From Octopus sinensis (taxonomy: Eukaryota): 64,000 nucleotides of DNA. Positions 37,641 through 50,674 of the stretch are shown piece by piece; within the stretch, counting starts at the first letter, position 1; the number at the start of each line of letters is the position of its first letter. Made by a program: the position numbers and the translations under genes. Under the pieces are notes generated by a model. That model ran no database searches. It was not told the origin of the DNA and worked only from the letters and a program-made list of their open reading frames with translations. Location of the stretch: the NCBI RefSeq assembly GCF_006345805.1, contig NC_043003.1:98828001-98892000 (forward strand), in the 5' to 3' direction.

Positions 37641-38627
37641 ACTCATTGTTTAAAACTCGCCAAGAAAAATATTTAAACCACCTGATGAATGACTGCGACT
37701 CAAAAATTTGAAGACAGCAGGCAGGAAACAATCGTAGTGGGATATTAATTATATTTTTTAATAATTTTGCTACATATTTAAATAATATAAATTAATCATA
37801 TGTATTGGCTTAAGTCTTTCATTGTTTGATTTGCCCAATAGTGGTTTTGTCTCTAATTTAATATTATATATATATATAAATATATATATGTTACATTCTC
37901 ATTTGTATAAATCTTGAAATTTATCATCTAAGTTCATACTGTCTTATTTACATAAGCAATGAAAGAAAAGATTTTATCGAAGATACATTCATAAGTTATA
38001 TATTTTATGTCTATGGGGCAAGGAGGAGACAAACAAACATATAATTTAAATAAATTAAAGCACTTTTATGGCGTAACGTAAGAATATGTTTTGAATAATT
38101 AACAAAGAAGGGACAATGAAGTTACATGTGCCAAAGGAAAAAAAAGAAAGAAAAAGGAGGATCTAACATTTTGCTTTGAGTATATGTGTATATACAGACA
38201 TACATGCACATACACACACACACGCGCGCGCGTGCATATTAATGTGGATGCTTTGTGTAACATTATACATAAAAACGATAGAATACTGACTAAAACAGCT
38301 CTTAATACATATAATTACATTTTGATATTTATTTTTACGTGTCAAATGTTAGCAGAGATTTTGATGTTTCGCAGGTGATTGGCCTGGTCAGATTGTAAAC
38401 TTTATAGCCGTTCATACCATTTATAAGCCAGAATCCACCCTGTGAGTGGGATGAAATGAATGTCAAGGAGCCAAGGTCTATGCACGTTGAAAATTTAATT
38501 TAATGTAAAACTGGGTTGAAAATTAAAGTGTGATGTATTGGATTAAGAAAACAGGAACATACATACATACATACATACATACATACATACATACATACAT
38601 ACATACATGATAAATACATACATACAT

Positions 38628-39163
38628 GGTGGCTGCCCCTTCGTTATCGAGTATGGCCATTGCACGAAGCTTAATCAATGTTGTTATCGTGCAATGCCTG
38701 TGCAAGAAGATATTTTTTAAGTGAGGAAAGGCTTTGCACTGAGTCAATCCCACTCACTAAGCAACAGCAGCTATAATCCGAAAAGAAGAACAAATCAACA
38801 TCATCGGTAACCACTGAGCCGCAGGTTTTATGTCGGAGTTATCCCAGTTACCTGAGTTGCCTTCTCCTAGAAGGATGCCCTGACAAAGGCTAGGAGTCCT
38901 TCACTCCCAATGGTTTAACTGCGCGATCGGGTATTCAATTCGATTATTTCTATGTCCCCGCGCATGATACAACTTTAAGACATTTATTGGATGGCCGTTG
39001 ACTCTCAAGAGTTCCTCCGCCCTTTGACGGGTTTTGTTTTTCATCCCGCAGGGTGACCAATAAACACCCTCCTCACCAAGCGAGCTTGGTGGGGTTGCCG
39101 GTTTAGTCGCCGACGACCCGACCATGCAACAGGTAGTACTGGGTTACATGTTACCAGTAGCAC
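38628..39163 (-). mobile_element. Non-autonomous retroelement resembling an RTE 5' UTR, embedded in (ATGT)n
   Basis: GGCGACTAAACCGGCAACCCC, AAAACCCGTCAAAGGCGGAGG and TAGCCTTTGTCAGGGCATCCTTCTAGGAGAAGG recall RTE leaders (from memory); (TACA)n on both sides. Confidence 0.5.
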
Positions 39164-39233
39164 TACATACATACATACATACATACATACATACATAAAT
39201 ACATACATACAAACATACATACATATATACATA

Positions 39234-39452
39234 CGAAGGGGTGCTGAAAATTTCCTGGTTTTAAGGGTATCGTGAAAGGCTTAGTATGAGGCCCAACCCC
39301 CCCCGAGTTCTTCTACATGATTTAGAAAAACTGAAGGACCACTGCAATAAGTGTGTGAATCTGAGAGGGGAATATGTTGAATAATATCATAATTAACTGA
39401 TCCTTCTGTATTTTCTTTTACTCAGATCCAGGAACTTTTCAGTACCTCTTCG
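39234..39452 (+). mobile_element. Internally deleted mariner element
   Basis: 25-bp TIRs CGAAGGGGTGCTGAAAATTTCCTGG vs reverse complement CGAAGAGGTACTGAAAAGTTCCTGG, TA TSD, and LKDHCNKCVNLRGEYVE* (mariner transposase C-terminus). Confidence 0.88.
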
Positions 39453-39744
39453 TATACACATATATATATGTGTGTGTATGTGTGTGTGTGTGGGGGGGGT
39501 ATTTTTCTCTCCTTTTCCCGAATGTCTATCTGTTTCTTTTCATTTGCATATAAATATTTATGCTTTTCTTCGTCTGTCTCCATAACTGAACCGCTGTTTT
39601 TTTTGTATTAACTCTTTTACTCTTGTATTGCTTTCAGTCATTTGATTGCTAGCATGCTGGGGGTACCGCGTTGAATCAAGAGGATGGCTACTGTAAGACC
39701 CTATGTCTAGCTATAGGACACTGCACCTTGCTACACAATTTCTG

Positions 39745-40150
39745 TTATGGCAATCAGAAAATTTCTGCGACCACATCACACCCTAACATCTGGCCACCTA
39801 ACTACCCACACTTCAATCCCCTTGATTATTAGATTTTTTTTATGTTGATATTTTTTTTATGTTGATATTTTTTTTTTTCGTTTTTAAAATGGAAAACACA
39901 AAAAGTACTCAGACCTGATGAACTGAAGGGAAGGATTATAGCAGCATTCATCAACTTAAACGAGGAGACCGCCCGGAAGAGTTGCTGGGGGTTCCGAAGT
40001 CGTCTGGAAGTCGTGGTTGTAGCCACAGGCGATTTTATAAAATAAATTTACTCTTTAGTATTTCATGATATTTTTATATAATTTTGGTAAATATATCTGA
40101 CATTACATTTTTTCGTAATTCAGACGACAATATATTCGCTGCACCCTGCA
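39745..40150 (+). mobile_element. Tc1/mariner (maT/DD37D-like) transposase 3' remnant with right end
   Basis: WPPNYPHFNPLDY (WPPxSPDxNPLD), DELKGRII...FRSRLEVVVVATGDFIK*, terminal CACCCTG. Confidence 0.72.
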
Positions 40151-40156
40151 TATATA

Positions 40157-40192
<36 letters not shown>

Positions 40193-40217
40193 GTATGTAT
40201 GTATGTATGTATGTATG

Positions 40218-40281
<64 letters not shown>

Positions 40282-40296
40282 AAATATTATATATAT

Positions 40297-40417
40297 CACC
40301 GTGATCACCGTGACTGACCAGGCCATCAGATGTTGTTACACATCGCTGGTCACAATGCGCTTCGCATTGTTTTTAGCCTTCAAATGACGCCACCCCGCTG
40401 GCTAAGCGAGCAGGCCA

Positions 40418-40418
<1 letters not shown>
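40297..40418 (-). mobile_element. ~120-bp unclassified insertion in (AT)n ending in a 9-bp tandem repeat
   Basis: Bounded by (AT)n on both sides; CACCGTGAT CACCGTGAC at one end, suggestive of a retroposon 3' tail. Confidence 0.4.
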
Positions 40419-40451
<33 letters not shown>

Positions 40452-40458
40452 TACATAT

Positions 40459-40672
40459 AGTTAATCCAAACATGAAAACACAAAGAGAAAACACAACAAC
40501 GCGAGGACGTGGAACAAATATAGTATTATTGGACGCTCAGGAAGGAAGGGAAGAAGGAGGGTTTTACGTTTTGAGCAGAGCTCTTCGTCAGAAACATAGG
40601 AAAAGGAAAGATCCAGAGAAGGGAAGACGGAGGAAAAAATCGCCAACGGTACACACGCGGTCACATTTTGAA
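40459..40672 (-). mobile_element. Solo PLE pseudo-LTR with hammerhead motif (40561-40595)
   Basis: GUUU-CUGACGA-A-GAGC(UCU)GCUC-AAAAC-GUA/AAAC; homologous to 61087-61244; flanked by (TA)n. Confidence 0.7.
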
Positions 40673-40729
40673 TATATATATACACACATATATACATATA
40701 TATACATACACACACACACACACACACAC

Positions 40730-40775
<46 letters not shown>

Positions 40776-40799
40776 GTATACATGCATACATACATACAT

Positions 40800-41030
40800 A
40801 CATACATATATATACGTGTGTATGTGTTCTGTTTGTTCCCCAACACCGCTTGACAACTGATGGCGTCGGTTTGCTTATGTCCCCGTGCATTGAAGATTCA
40901 TCAAAAGAGACCGATAGAATAAGTACTAGGCTTGAAAAATAAGTTCTGAAGTAGATTTATTCAACTAAACCATTCATGGAGGTGCCCCAGCAGGGCCACG
41001 GCCCAGAAATTGAAACAAGTAAATGATAAG
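40800..41030 (+). mobile_element. SINE family B, 3' half
   Basis: AAAAGAGACCGATAGAATAAGTACTAGGCTT motif and tail. Confidence 0.7.
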
Positions 41031-41164
41031 CGATAAGTATATTAAGAAATCTTTCAGTTGATGCTTGATTTTCTTTATGCATGATTAAATATAATAAAAG
41101 CTCACTGACACATAACAGTGGTTTCTTTTTTCTCTCTCTCTATCTCTCTCTCTGTATACTGTTT

Positions 41165-41588
41165 ACTGTTTTACTCGTTTCAGCCATTTGACTGCGGCCA
41201 TGCTGGAGCACCGCCTTTAATCGAGCAACTCGACCCCGGGACTTATTCTTTGTAAGCCCAGTACTTATTCTATCGGTCTCTTTTACCGAACCGCTAAGTT
41301 ACGGGGACGTAAACACACCAGCATCAGTTGTCAAGCGATGTTGGGGGACAACCACAGACACACAAACACATACACACACATACATACACACACACACACA
41401 CATATATATATACATACATATATACGACGGGCTTCTTTCAGTTTCCGTCTACCAAATCCACTCACAAGGCTTTGGTCGGCCCGAGGCTATAGTAGAAGAC
41501 ACTTGTCCAAGGTGCCACTCAGTGGGACTGAACCTGGAACCATGTGGCTGGTAAGCAAGCTACTTACCACACAACCACTCCTGCGCCT
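41165..41588 (-). mobile_element. SINE family B, full length
   Basis: All modules present. Confidence 0.88.
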
Positions 41589-41935
41589 GTATGTCTATAT
41601 AATTTGAATATGTTCTAGTGTGTTTGCGTTTGTAAAACTAGACGCTAGCAAAGTGGCGTGTTTAAGAAGTACGTTTCACAACCACCTGGTTCCGGATTCA
41701 ATCCCGCTGCGCGGCGCCTTAGGCAGCTGTCTTATACTTTATTCTTGCTTGATTTATGACATTCGAGTGAAATTTGGTAAGGAAGTTCGTCCTGTGTCTG
41801 TTGGTGTGTGTGTGTGCGCACGTTTGTGTGTATGTGCGTGTGCGTGCGTGTGGTTGTGTGTGCGTGCGTGCGTGCGTGTATATATAATATTCATATAATA
41901 GTGTGTATGTATATATATATACATGCATGTATATG

Positions 41936-41977
<42 letters not shown>

Positions 41978-42236
41978 TACACACGTTTTCATGCGAGTCG
42001 TGTTTCACGATCCTACACTCTCCAACGGTATGAAATTCGAGTGGAATGAGGTCTTTGCATGCGTCCCTGTCTCACAGAACATTAAAGAAAACAACTAGGA
42101 CAGATATGAAACCATCCTTAAGCCTATATTTGAAAAAAAGACGTAACGAAATGTCTTCAGTTTCAATATGCTTTATACTCTCCAACATGTATTGAGTACA
42201 CTTCATACAATTCGTAGAGTACCACACACACACACA

Positions 42237-42275
<39 letters not shown>

Positions 42276-42868
42276 TTATATATCTATCTATATATAAATA
42301 GAAAGAGAGAATGGACTAAGCGGAGCAGGAGCGCACACGAGGACGGAAGGTGTCGCTGAAGAGGCCACAGATATGTGAAGAAAGATTTCCGGACAATGGA
42401 CATGAGGTAGAATAAGAACAGTAATAAACGTGTGAAGAACGAATATATAGTGCGTGTGTCTATTTGGCAAATTAAAAAATGACCATTCCGAAATACAGCA
42501 GTATATATAGCCATCTTTCAATTTATCTAATATATAGTATTAGAATGAGTAGACAAACGAAAGAAGAGCATACAACACGTTTATTGGGACTTAAATGGAT
42601 GGATCAAAATAGTTTGATTCAAACTCCTTCGTGCTCTAAGTTTCAAGCGTGTTGTTAGTCTTCGGCCATTTGAGTCAACAATGGCCGAAGACTTGTAATA
42701 CGCTTGAAACTCAGAGCACCAAGGAACATGAATCAAACTGTTTTGATCCATATATATGTGCGCGCGTGCGCGTGTACGTGTAGCATACATTTATATATAT
42801 ACATACTCACACACATGCACACACATACACACACATATATAAATAGATAGATAAATAGATAGACAGAC

Positions 42869-42943
<75 letters not shown>

Positions 42944-43194
42944 GATAGATAGGGAGAAAGAATGAGAGTAGTTAGATATCGATTAATATAGAAAAATGTA
43001 TTGACAGCTAGATAGTTTTATTGATAAATATGTAAGTCTATATGTGTAGATACTTTTATCGGCATAAAGTGATACTCAGAGTCGCCTTCGACAGGCCAAA
43101 TGTAATTTATCTCTTCGATATAAACGGATAAATACCTCACGGTAATAAATAACAAGGCCTGTCGATTATTAAATAGTACAAATTTAGTGCTATA

Positions 43195-43485
43195 GCAAGT
43201 GGCTGTTGGTAAGTATACATGGTTGCAGTCCCACGTGGCATCTTAAATACCACCGCCAATGAGTGGATAGAAGGAAATGAAAAAGAACCCGTCGTATATA
43301 TTATATATGTATGTTCTGGGTTTGTCCCCTAGCATGCTTCAACCGATGCTGGTGTTAAGTCGTCACTTAGCGATGCAAAAAGAGTGATAGAATAACGTCT
43401 GGCTTACAAAAGATAAGTCCGTCGAGTTGTGACTAAAGGAGGGTGCTCCAGCAGGTGCAGTCAAATACTGAAACAAGTAAAAGAG
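43195..43485 (+). mobile_element. SINE family B, heavily deleted
   Basis: Recognisable head, GAACCCGTCG, GGTGCTCCAGCA and ACTGAAACAAGTAAAAGAG. Confidence 0.6.
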
Positions 43486-45084
43486 ATAAAAGAGAGAGAA
43501 CAATGACTAAAACCAGCAATAGAATAAAAACACACATAACTATATTATACATATCAACTTTGTTGTCTATGTAATAGAGATGATAACGTGTTGTGAGAGA
43601 CAGTGGGTGCGTACGTGCGTCTTTGTGAGTACTTAAACGCACATAGAAAATAATGGTGGAAGAGTGTCACTTAAGCACAACTGCCCTGGATGTTAGAAGA
43701 GAACATCTCTTATCTAAATGTTTCGCAGAACATAAAATAAAACAAATACAAATTATAATGGCCAGGCTAATTTAGCTATCTGGAATAATGCTGAAACGGT
43801 TTTACGTTTCCATTTTTTGTCCACCAAATAAATTTACGAGGGCGATTTATTAACATTTTGCCTCACGAATATTTAGTTCAGTCAAGGAAGCTGTATATAC
43901 CCCTTAATTCTAATTTGAAAATTAATTTCTTGAAACATAAAAAAAACTGAAATAAACGAAATAAAGATGTTTTAATGTTTGTCCTTGGTTGTTCTTAATG
44001 CTTCATGTGACGGCGACCCATGCGAATACCTCATGCGGACGCCGGATATCGTCTGCGTCAATTACTGCGGATGTCGGTCGGTTGGTGTTTCTTAGTAATC
44101 GGTCACCGAAGCTAGAGTTATATTTCTTTTCCTTATTAATCACACCCAATGTAAAGAATGTCTGTTAAATGCCTATGTATTTAACACCTACAGACTCTTA
44201 CATGCACGTCTGTAAAGAGGGTCTTAGCTACCAGTCCTATCCAAAGTTTTTTTTCAAAAAGAAAAAAGAACAAGCATATTATGTAAATGTCTTCCATAAA
44301 AGATTCGCAGTTTAAAGATGATTTATTTACATATTTCTCGATGCTTCTACAGTTACTTTCCAAGTATAAACAAACATATACGTTATGGTTGTTTAGCTCC
44401 ATTGCCAGCACTAATGGTATTATTATTTACTCCCAGGCCAGCTTTGATTAAACAGGCTTTGCCTCAAAGTCATTTCAGCCGGAACGATTATGCCTTTTGC
44501 TGTTTAGGGGTTTGTCAGATAAAAAATATATCTACAATTACATCGTTTTGCCCTTTTCTTCAAAGAGAATCTAGTGCTATTTAAGGCAGGTCAAGTCACC
44601 AGCGCATTATTACACTCTTACTGTATTGTTAAACTACATAGTATCTTTATGATCGTTAATCTTGCTGTTGCTGTTCTAGTTGTCTTTACTTCTTTTATGG
44701 TTGTTGTAGAGCTGGTGGTCATATTTTTGTTGTTGCTAATTCTCTTAATGCTATTAGTATTATAGTATTCTTCAGAAAACTGATACTGGCGCAGATAAGT
44801 TTTATAATTTTGTAGACAGATGAACGCATATCTACTGAAAAACGATATGAGATGACCCGATAAAGGATTATAGGTCAATAGGGTGTAATTTATTAAAACC
44901 CACTTGCAAAAATAAAGAAAAAGAGAAACGAAAATAGGTCATATTATAATCTCAGGCGCATAATAAGATTTACGAAAATAAGATTACGAAATATTTTCAA
45001 ACAAGTGTGCCCATGGAATACCGCGAGTAGAAAAAAATCGGATGAGATGCTAGGATGGTACGTATTTTTGTGAATGTATATGTT

Positions 45085-45471
45085 TATATGGATGCGTGTG
45101 GTAAAAAGCTTGCTTCCCAACCACATGATTCAGTCCCACTGAGTGGGATCTTGGGAGAGTGCCTTGTACTATAGCCTTGGACTAACCAAAGCGTTGTGAG
45201 TGGGTTTCGTTGACGGAAACAGAAAGAAGTTTGCCGTGTGTAAGCATGTATGAATGTATACGTATATATATGTACATTCTTTTATTCTCTTATTTGTTTC
45301 GGTCATCTTAACTGTGGCCATGTTGGAGCACCGCCTTTAGTCGAACTAATCGACCCCAAGAGTTATTTTTTGTAAGCCAAGTACTTATTCTATCGGTCTC
45401 TTTTGCCGAACCGCTAAGTTGCGGGGAGACCTAAACACACCCACATCGGTTGTCAAACGATGGTGTGGAGA

Positions 45472-45516
<45 letters not shown>

Positions 45517-45656
45517 ACACACACATATATATATACGACGGGATTCTTTCAGTTTCCGCCTACCAAATCTACTCAAAAGGCTTTGATCGGCCCGAGGCTA
45601 AAGTAGAAGACACTTTCCCGAGGTGCCACGCAGTGGGACTAAATCCAGAATCATGT
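45085..45656. mobile_element. Two family B SINE pieces in opposite orientation (45085-45240 plus, 45285-45656 minus)
   Basis: Homology to the 9395 copy. Confidence 0.75.
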
Positions 45657-45990
45657 GATACGTTTATATCGATTGGGACAGTCATATCAATGAGGAGGCA
45701 TGATTTTTGTTTCAAGTCTTTCAATATGATGGCTGGCCTATTTGCATCTATGTTTCTGTCAGTTTGAATGGTGAAGTTCCAGAGGAGTGAGATGTGATCA
45801 TTTTCAATCCCTGGGATGGTTTGTGTTCCCACCAGATTTTGTCATGAGGCAAGTCCAGATTTTTGCAAATTACCCAGTGAATATATTGTGCAGCTCTATC
45901 ATGCCTGTTGAGATACTCAGTAGGCGCAAGAAAACTGCACATGGAGACAACATGATCAATGGTCTCATATTGTTGCTGACATACATGACG
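45657..45990 (-). mobile_element. R4/Dong fragment (zinc knuckle, RHD, start of RLE)
   Basis: CSFLAPTEYLNRHDRAAQYIHWVICKNLDLPHDKIWWEH; LLWNFTIQTDRNIDANRPAIILKDLKQKSCLLIDMTVPID. Confidence 0.88.
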
Positions 45991-46182
45991 TTATTATTAT
46001 TATGATTATTTTTATTATTATTATTATTATTGTTGTTGTTGTTGTTGTTGTTATTGTTATTATTATTATTATTATTATTGTTATTATCATTATTGTTATT
46101 ATTATTATTATTATTGTTGTTGTTGTTGTTGTTGTTGTTGTTATTGTTATTATTATTATTATTATTATTGTTATTATCATTA

Positions 46183-46243
<61 letters not shown>
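45991..46243 (+). repeat. (ATT)n/(GTT)n compound microsatellite
   Basis: Direct inspection. Confidence 0.95.
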
Positions 46244-46684
46244 CCCTTTATCACGGTTTTTGTTGGAGCTCCTGGAGTTTGACATGTGTAGCGGGTTTAC
46301 TCCCCTCAGCCTACGTTATTCTATTCGCTCTAACTAATACTTTACGGATTATTCTGGCCGTGCCAAAAAGGCAAACTTTTGTAACTGTTCCATTGGGCAA
46401 TCTATTCCAATTTCCTTTATATTCCTCTTGAAGCCTTTTGATACTGTTTCCAAGGACCCAAGAATAATTGGCAATATCTTCACATTCTTCATTTTCCATA
46501 ACTATGCTATTTCGTACATAAGAAGGTTGTATCTAGCCATCTTTTCGCCCACCTTCTTGACTATACGTAGGTCAAATGGACATGCAACATCAACTATATA
46601 GCATATGTGGTGCACCTTGTCCACCACCATTAGGTCCGGTCTGTTATGCCCCAGCAGCTGATCTATTTGGATTGGGAATCTCAG

Positions 46685-46687
<3 letters not shown>
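46244..46687 (-). mobile_element. R4/Dong RLE plus 3' end, distinct subfamily
   Basis: PIQIDQLLGHNRPDLMVVDK..YIVDVACPFD..EKMARYNLLMYEIA; ILPIILGSLETV; (TAA)n at both ends. Confidence 0.85.
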
Positions 46688-46757
<70 letters not shown>

Positions 46758-46806
46758 TTATTTTTTATTATTATTATTATCGTTATCGTTATCATTATTA
46801 TTATTA

Positions 46807-46865
<59 letters not shown>

Positions 46866-47007
46866 ATTTCTACGAGTTAGGCTTTGTCTTTAATCTTTTC
46901 TGGGTCGATAAATTAAGTACCAGTCATGTATTGAGGTCGATGTGATCGACTATCTCCTCTCACAAATTCCAGGACTTGTGCCTATAGTAGAAAGGGTTAC
47001 TATTATT

Positions 47008-47110
47008 ATTTCTGTTTATCACAGGCTTTGATGGAACTCCTGGAGTCTTGCATGCGTAGCCGGCTTGCTACCTGCAGCCTACGGTACCGTGCTATTCGTC
47101 CTTTTCAGCT
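47008..47110 (-). mobile_element. 3' UTR fragment of the 46244 Dong subfamily
   Basis: TTTATCAC.G.TTT..TGGA.CTCCTGGAGT.T..CATG.GTAGC matches 46244-46330. Confidence 0.6.
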
Positions 47111-47299
47111 AGCTATCTAATACTTTCCTATGTTGTCAAAGTGAACTTTGTCTTTCATCCTTTCAGGTCTGAGCACTGGAGTTGGTGTAATTGTTTAACA
47201 TCCTTCTCACCAAAGTTCATGCCTTATGGCTATAGTAGAATAGATTATTATCACAAAGCGGTGAGCTGGCGGAATCGTTAGCACACGATGTCTATAGGG

Positions 47300-48090
47300 C
47301 ACGCAATGTCTACGACCAGAGACGATTCTTTCCACCGTGTTTAGTAGCACAATACTGCGTTTCCGATCTTCGATTCCATAATTTAATGGGATCATGAAAT
47401 CTTCCAAATCTTTCTTCTGTCATTTTCTACGGCATCCTTTGGTTCATATTCATACCATTTTCTCGATTTTTCGAATCCAAACTTATTAGAGAGTTCACAG
47501 TCAACAGTTCTGGCTGCATTGTCATGCCTTTTTTTTTTTTAATATACTCTCTGAGTCAATTTGTTTCCTTCGCTTAAACTATGTCATACTGTCTCTCCGA
47601 CTTCACAACACATTCTGTAAATATTAGATTCTGGGGAAAGATCAAGTCTGTGAGTGCTGCAGTTTCTTTTCAATGCTTGTTCCTGTGTTGTGAATATCAA
47701 GGCCTCTGTCTTAGGTTTCATGTCAGTTTTTGTAACTATATCCATATTTTCTGGATTTGTGTTTCCTCATGTGTCTCTCAAGAACTTATCTGGTATTTTC
47801 GCATCTTCTTATCCTCCCAATTATTTTTCCGCTTCGTTTCTTTCTTTCTTTCTCTCTCCCTCTTTCTTTCTTTCTTTCTTTCTTTCTTTGCATTTCACCA
47901 TATCCTGACTGATTTCTCTGGCACAAATAGTGCTTCGTCGGCATTCTTTATATGCTAAATAATTCTGCTTACCTCTCTAACAGAATACTGTCATTACAAC
48001 CCACCCATTCTTGTTCCCCTTCCTTTCTTGTCTGGTGACAAGCTGTTTCCTTGTTTTCTTATCATTTCCCCCGCCATTTTGAACTGTCTG
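47300..48090 (-). mobile_element. Decayed R4/Dong fragment
   Basis: DMKPKTEALIFTTQEQALKRN, RMCCEVGETV*H, RHDNAAR..KWYEYEPKDAVEND, DFMIP..RKRSIVLL. Confidence 0.7.
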
Positions 48091-48117
48091 ATATTATTAT
48101 AATCATTATTATTATTA

Positions 48118-48500
48118 CTGAGTGAGCGAGCAGTGCATGCCATCAAAGTCACACTGGAGTGAAATATATGAAGCCCAGTATACCCATCATTGACTACCCG
48201 TTTGATAAGGGTATACCAGGCAAATGCATCACAACCATATGTGCGTGACATGGTGATCTCACATCACGATAAACATCGCATGAACTTGCAGGTGGGACCC
48301 AGTTAGAATTTTCTTCAGGTTCAGTAGCCCATCCCGCTCAAAAGGGCCCTGAATAAGGTTGTTTAAAGATGTTGAACGAAACACCCATGATTCTAGAGGT
48401 GAATTATCCAAACCCGAAAGAGTTCCTCTCAACACATGGTTATGATGCTTCTCCACTACTTCTACTCGTGATTAGTGATGCACATAGCGTCAGGCACTGA
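48118..48500. mobile_element. ~380-bp unclassified element bounded by (ATT)n on both sides
   Basis: Sharp transitions from microsatellite to complex sequence at both ends; no protein motif recognised. Confidence 0.4.
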
Positions 48501-48526
48501 TATTATTATTATTATTATTATTGTTG

Positions 48527-48582
<56 letters not shown>

Positions 48583-48595
48583 ATTATTATTATAA

Positions 48596-48677
<82 letters not shown>

Positions 48678-48837
48678 TATTACTATTATTATTATTATTA
48701 TATTATTATATTAATATTATTATTATAATTAGATATTATTTCATTATTATCATATCATTATTCATTATTATTATTATTATTATTATATTATTATTATTAT
48801 TATTATTATATATTATTATTATTAATATTATATATAA

Positions 48838-48889
<52 letters not shown>

Positions 48890-48911
48890 ATATTATTACT
48901 ATTATTATTAT
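48501..48911 (+). repeat. Long imperfect (ATT)n array
   Basis: Direct inspection. Confidence 0.95.
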
Positions 48912-49596
48912 CGTTGCCTTTGCACAGCTTCTAACGTTGGAGATGTACTACGGTGTCAGCTGTTCACTACCGGTGAACTATGGTAACACCTCTTATTTTT
49001 CGAGCACCTCCGGAGTATTCGAGTGGTTCCAAGCAGTGCTGCTTTCTGCAAGTGCTCCACCCTTATTGCAGCTACTATTTGTTCCATGTACTTCTCAAGA
49101 TTTGTATTCACTGTTCCCAGGGCTCCGACCATTATTGTTACTACTACCACCTTTTTCATCGACCACAACTGCTTAACTTCCCAAGCTAACCTGTCATATC
49201 TATCGACTTTACTTTCTTCCTTATCGCATACCTTGTTGTCAGCTGGGTATGCTATATCTATTATCCAGCATAGTTTGCTTTCTTTCTCAATTAATACTAT
49301 GTCTCTGGCTTCCTATTCTCTTTCTCGTGGTTGCACTGAATCATAAAATTCCACAAGATCTTTGCATTGTCATTTTAGATGATGCCTCCGGGTTTGTGGT
49401 CGAACCAATTTTTGACTCTATCAAGTCCATACTTGTTGCAAAGTGTCAAATGGACAAGCCTTGTTATATTGTCGTGGCGTCTCTTATATTCCTTCTGGGC
49501 GTGCGACGTACATTGGCTGATAATATGTCATACGGTTTCACCATTTTGTCCACAGATTCTGCACTTATCACTTTCTGATATGTGTTGTCTATCCTT
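48912..49596 (-). mobile_element. R4/Dong 3' fragment, further subfamily
   Basis: KCRICGQNGETV, RRHDNI, ILWNFMIQ, WIIDIAYPAD, LWSMKKVVVVTIMVGALG, LQKAALLGTTRILRR; trinucleotide arrays on both sides. Confidence 0.88.
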
Positions 49597-49599
49597 ATT

Positions 49600-49630
<31 letters not shown>

Positions 49631-49633
49631 TTC

Positions 49634-49668
<35 letters not shown>

Positions 49669-49707
49669 GTTGTTGTTGTTGTTGTTATTATTATTATTGT
49701 TATTATT

Positions 49708-49870
49708 AAGCGACGAGCTGGCAGAATCGTTAGCACGCCAGAGGAAATGCTTAGCGTTGCGGCTGTTTTCGGGTTCTGAGTTCATATTCTGCTCAGGTTG
49801 ACTTAGTCTTCCATCTCTTTCGGGGTACCCCTCCCTTGAAATTGCTGGCCTTGTATTAGAATTTGAAATC
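49708..49870 (+). mobile_element. SINE family C
   Basis: GCGACGAGCTGGCAGAATCGTTAGCACGCC head. Confidence 0.7.
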
Positions 49871-50434
49871 ATCATCATTATTATTATTTTAATTATTGGC
49901 ACCTCAAGTATCGTCAGGCGTTCACAGCCCTCAACGAGTCGAACAATCTAGTCGGTGGAAGTTCTATACTAGAATATACAGAAATCTAGTGTTGAGAAAG
50001 TGTGATAACGTTCTCGTGTAACCAGCTGCTCTGTTTCGGGCTCGGGGCTACCATGAATCACTTGCAGACATATCTATTCTAGCATTGCTACTGAAAACCT
50101 CTACATATTCGTGATAAACCCTATATGCACGAAAGCGCCGCTAGGCCAGATTGCCCGAGGAGTGCGCAGGCGGATGAAACCGTACTGCAAACGTGAAATG
50201 TCTAAGCATTGCTAACTTGTGGAGGCATGTTGAAAAGCCGGTATCGTATGTAAGACGAATACAACGATCGGCTAAATCCATCACCCAACGTGAGTATCAC
50301 CCAACGACCCATCTTTAACAAGGCGGGGCAGGCCATATTCCTGTCTAGTGGTTGTGGGAAAAGAGATTGCGTGGTGGACGAGGCAGAAATGATTGATGAA
50401 AGACAACTTCTTCGGTGAAGATTTCATTCGCTTA

Positions 50435-50611
50435 TTCTTTTACTCTCTCTTTTACTTGTTTCAGTCATTTGACTGTGGCCATGCTGGAGCACCGCCTTTA
50501 GTCGAGCAAATAGGCCCCAGGACTTATTCTTTGTAAGCCTAGTACTTATTCTATCGGCTTCTTTTGTCGAACCGCTAAGTTACGGAGACGTAAACACAGA
50601 CACACAAACAC

Positions 50612-50674
<63 letters not shown>

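Noticed and set aside
43835-44160. Mariner element starting TACGAGGGC
   Set aside because: No matching right TIR or transposase motif found.
44618-44878. Minus-strand ORF with a CA/GTAAGA donor
   Set aside because: Weak acceptor, low-complexity translation, no homology recognised.
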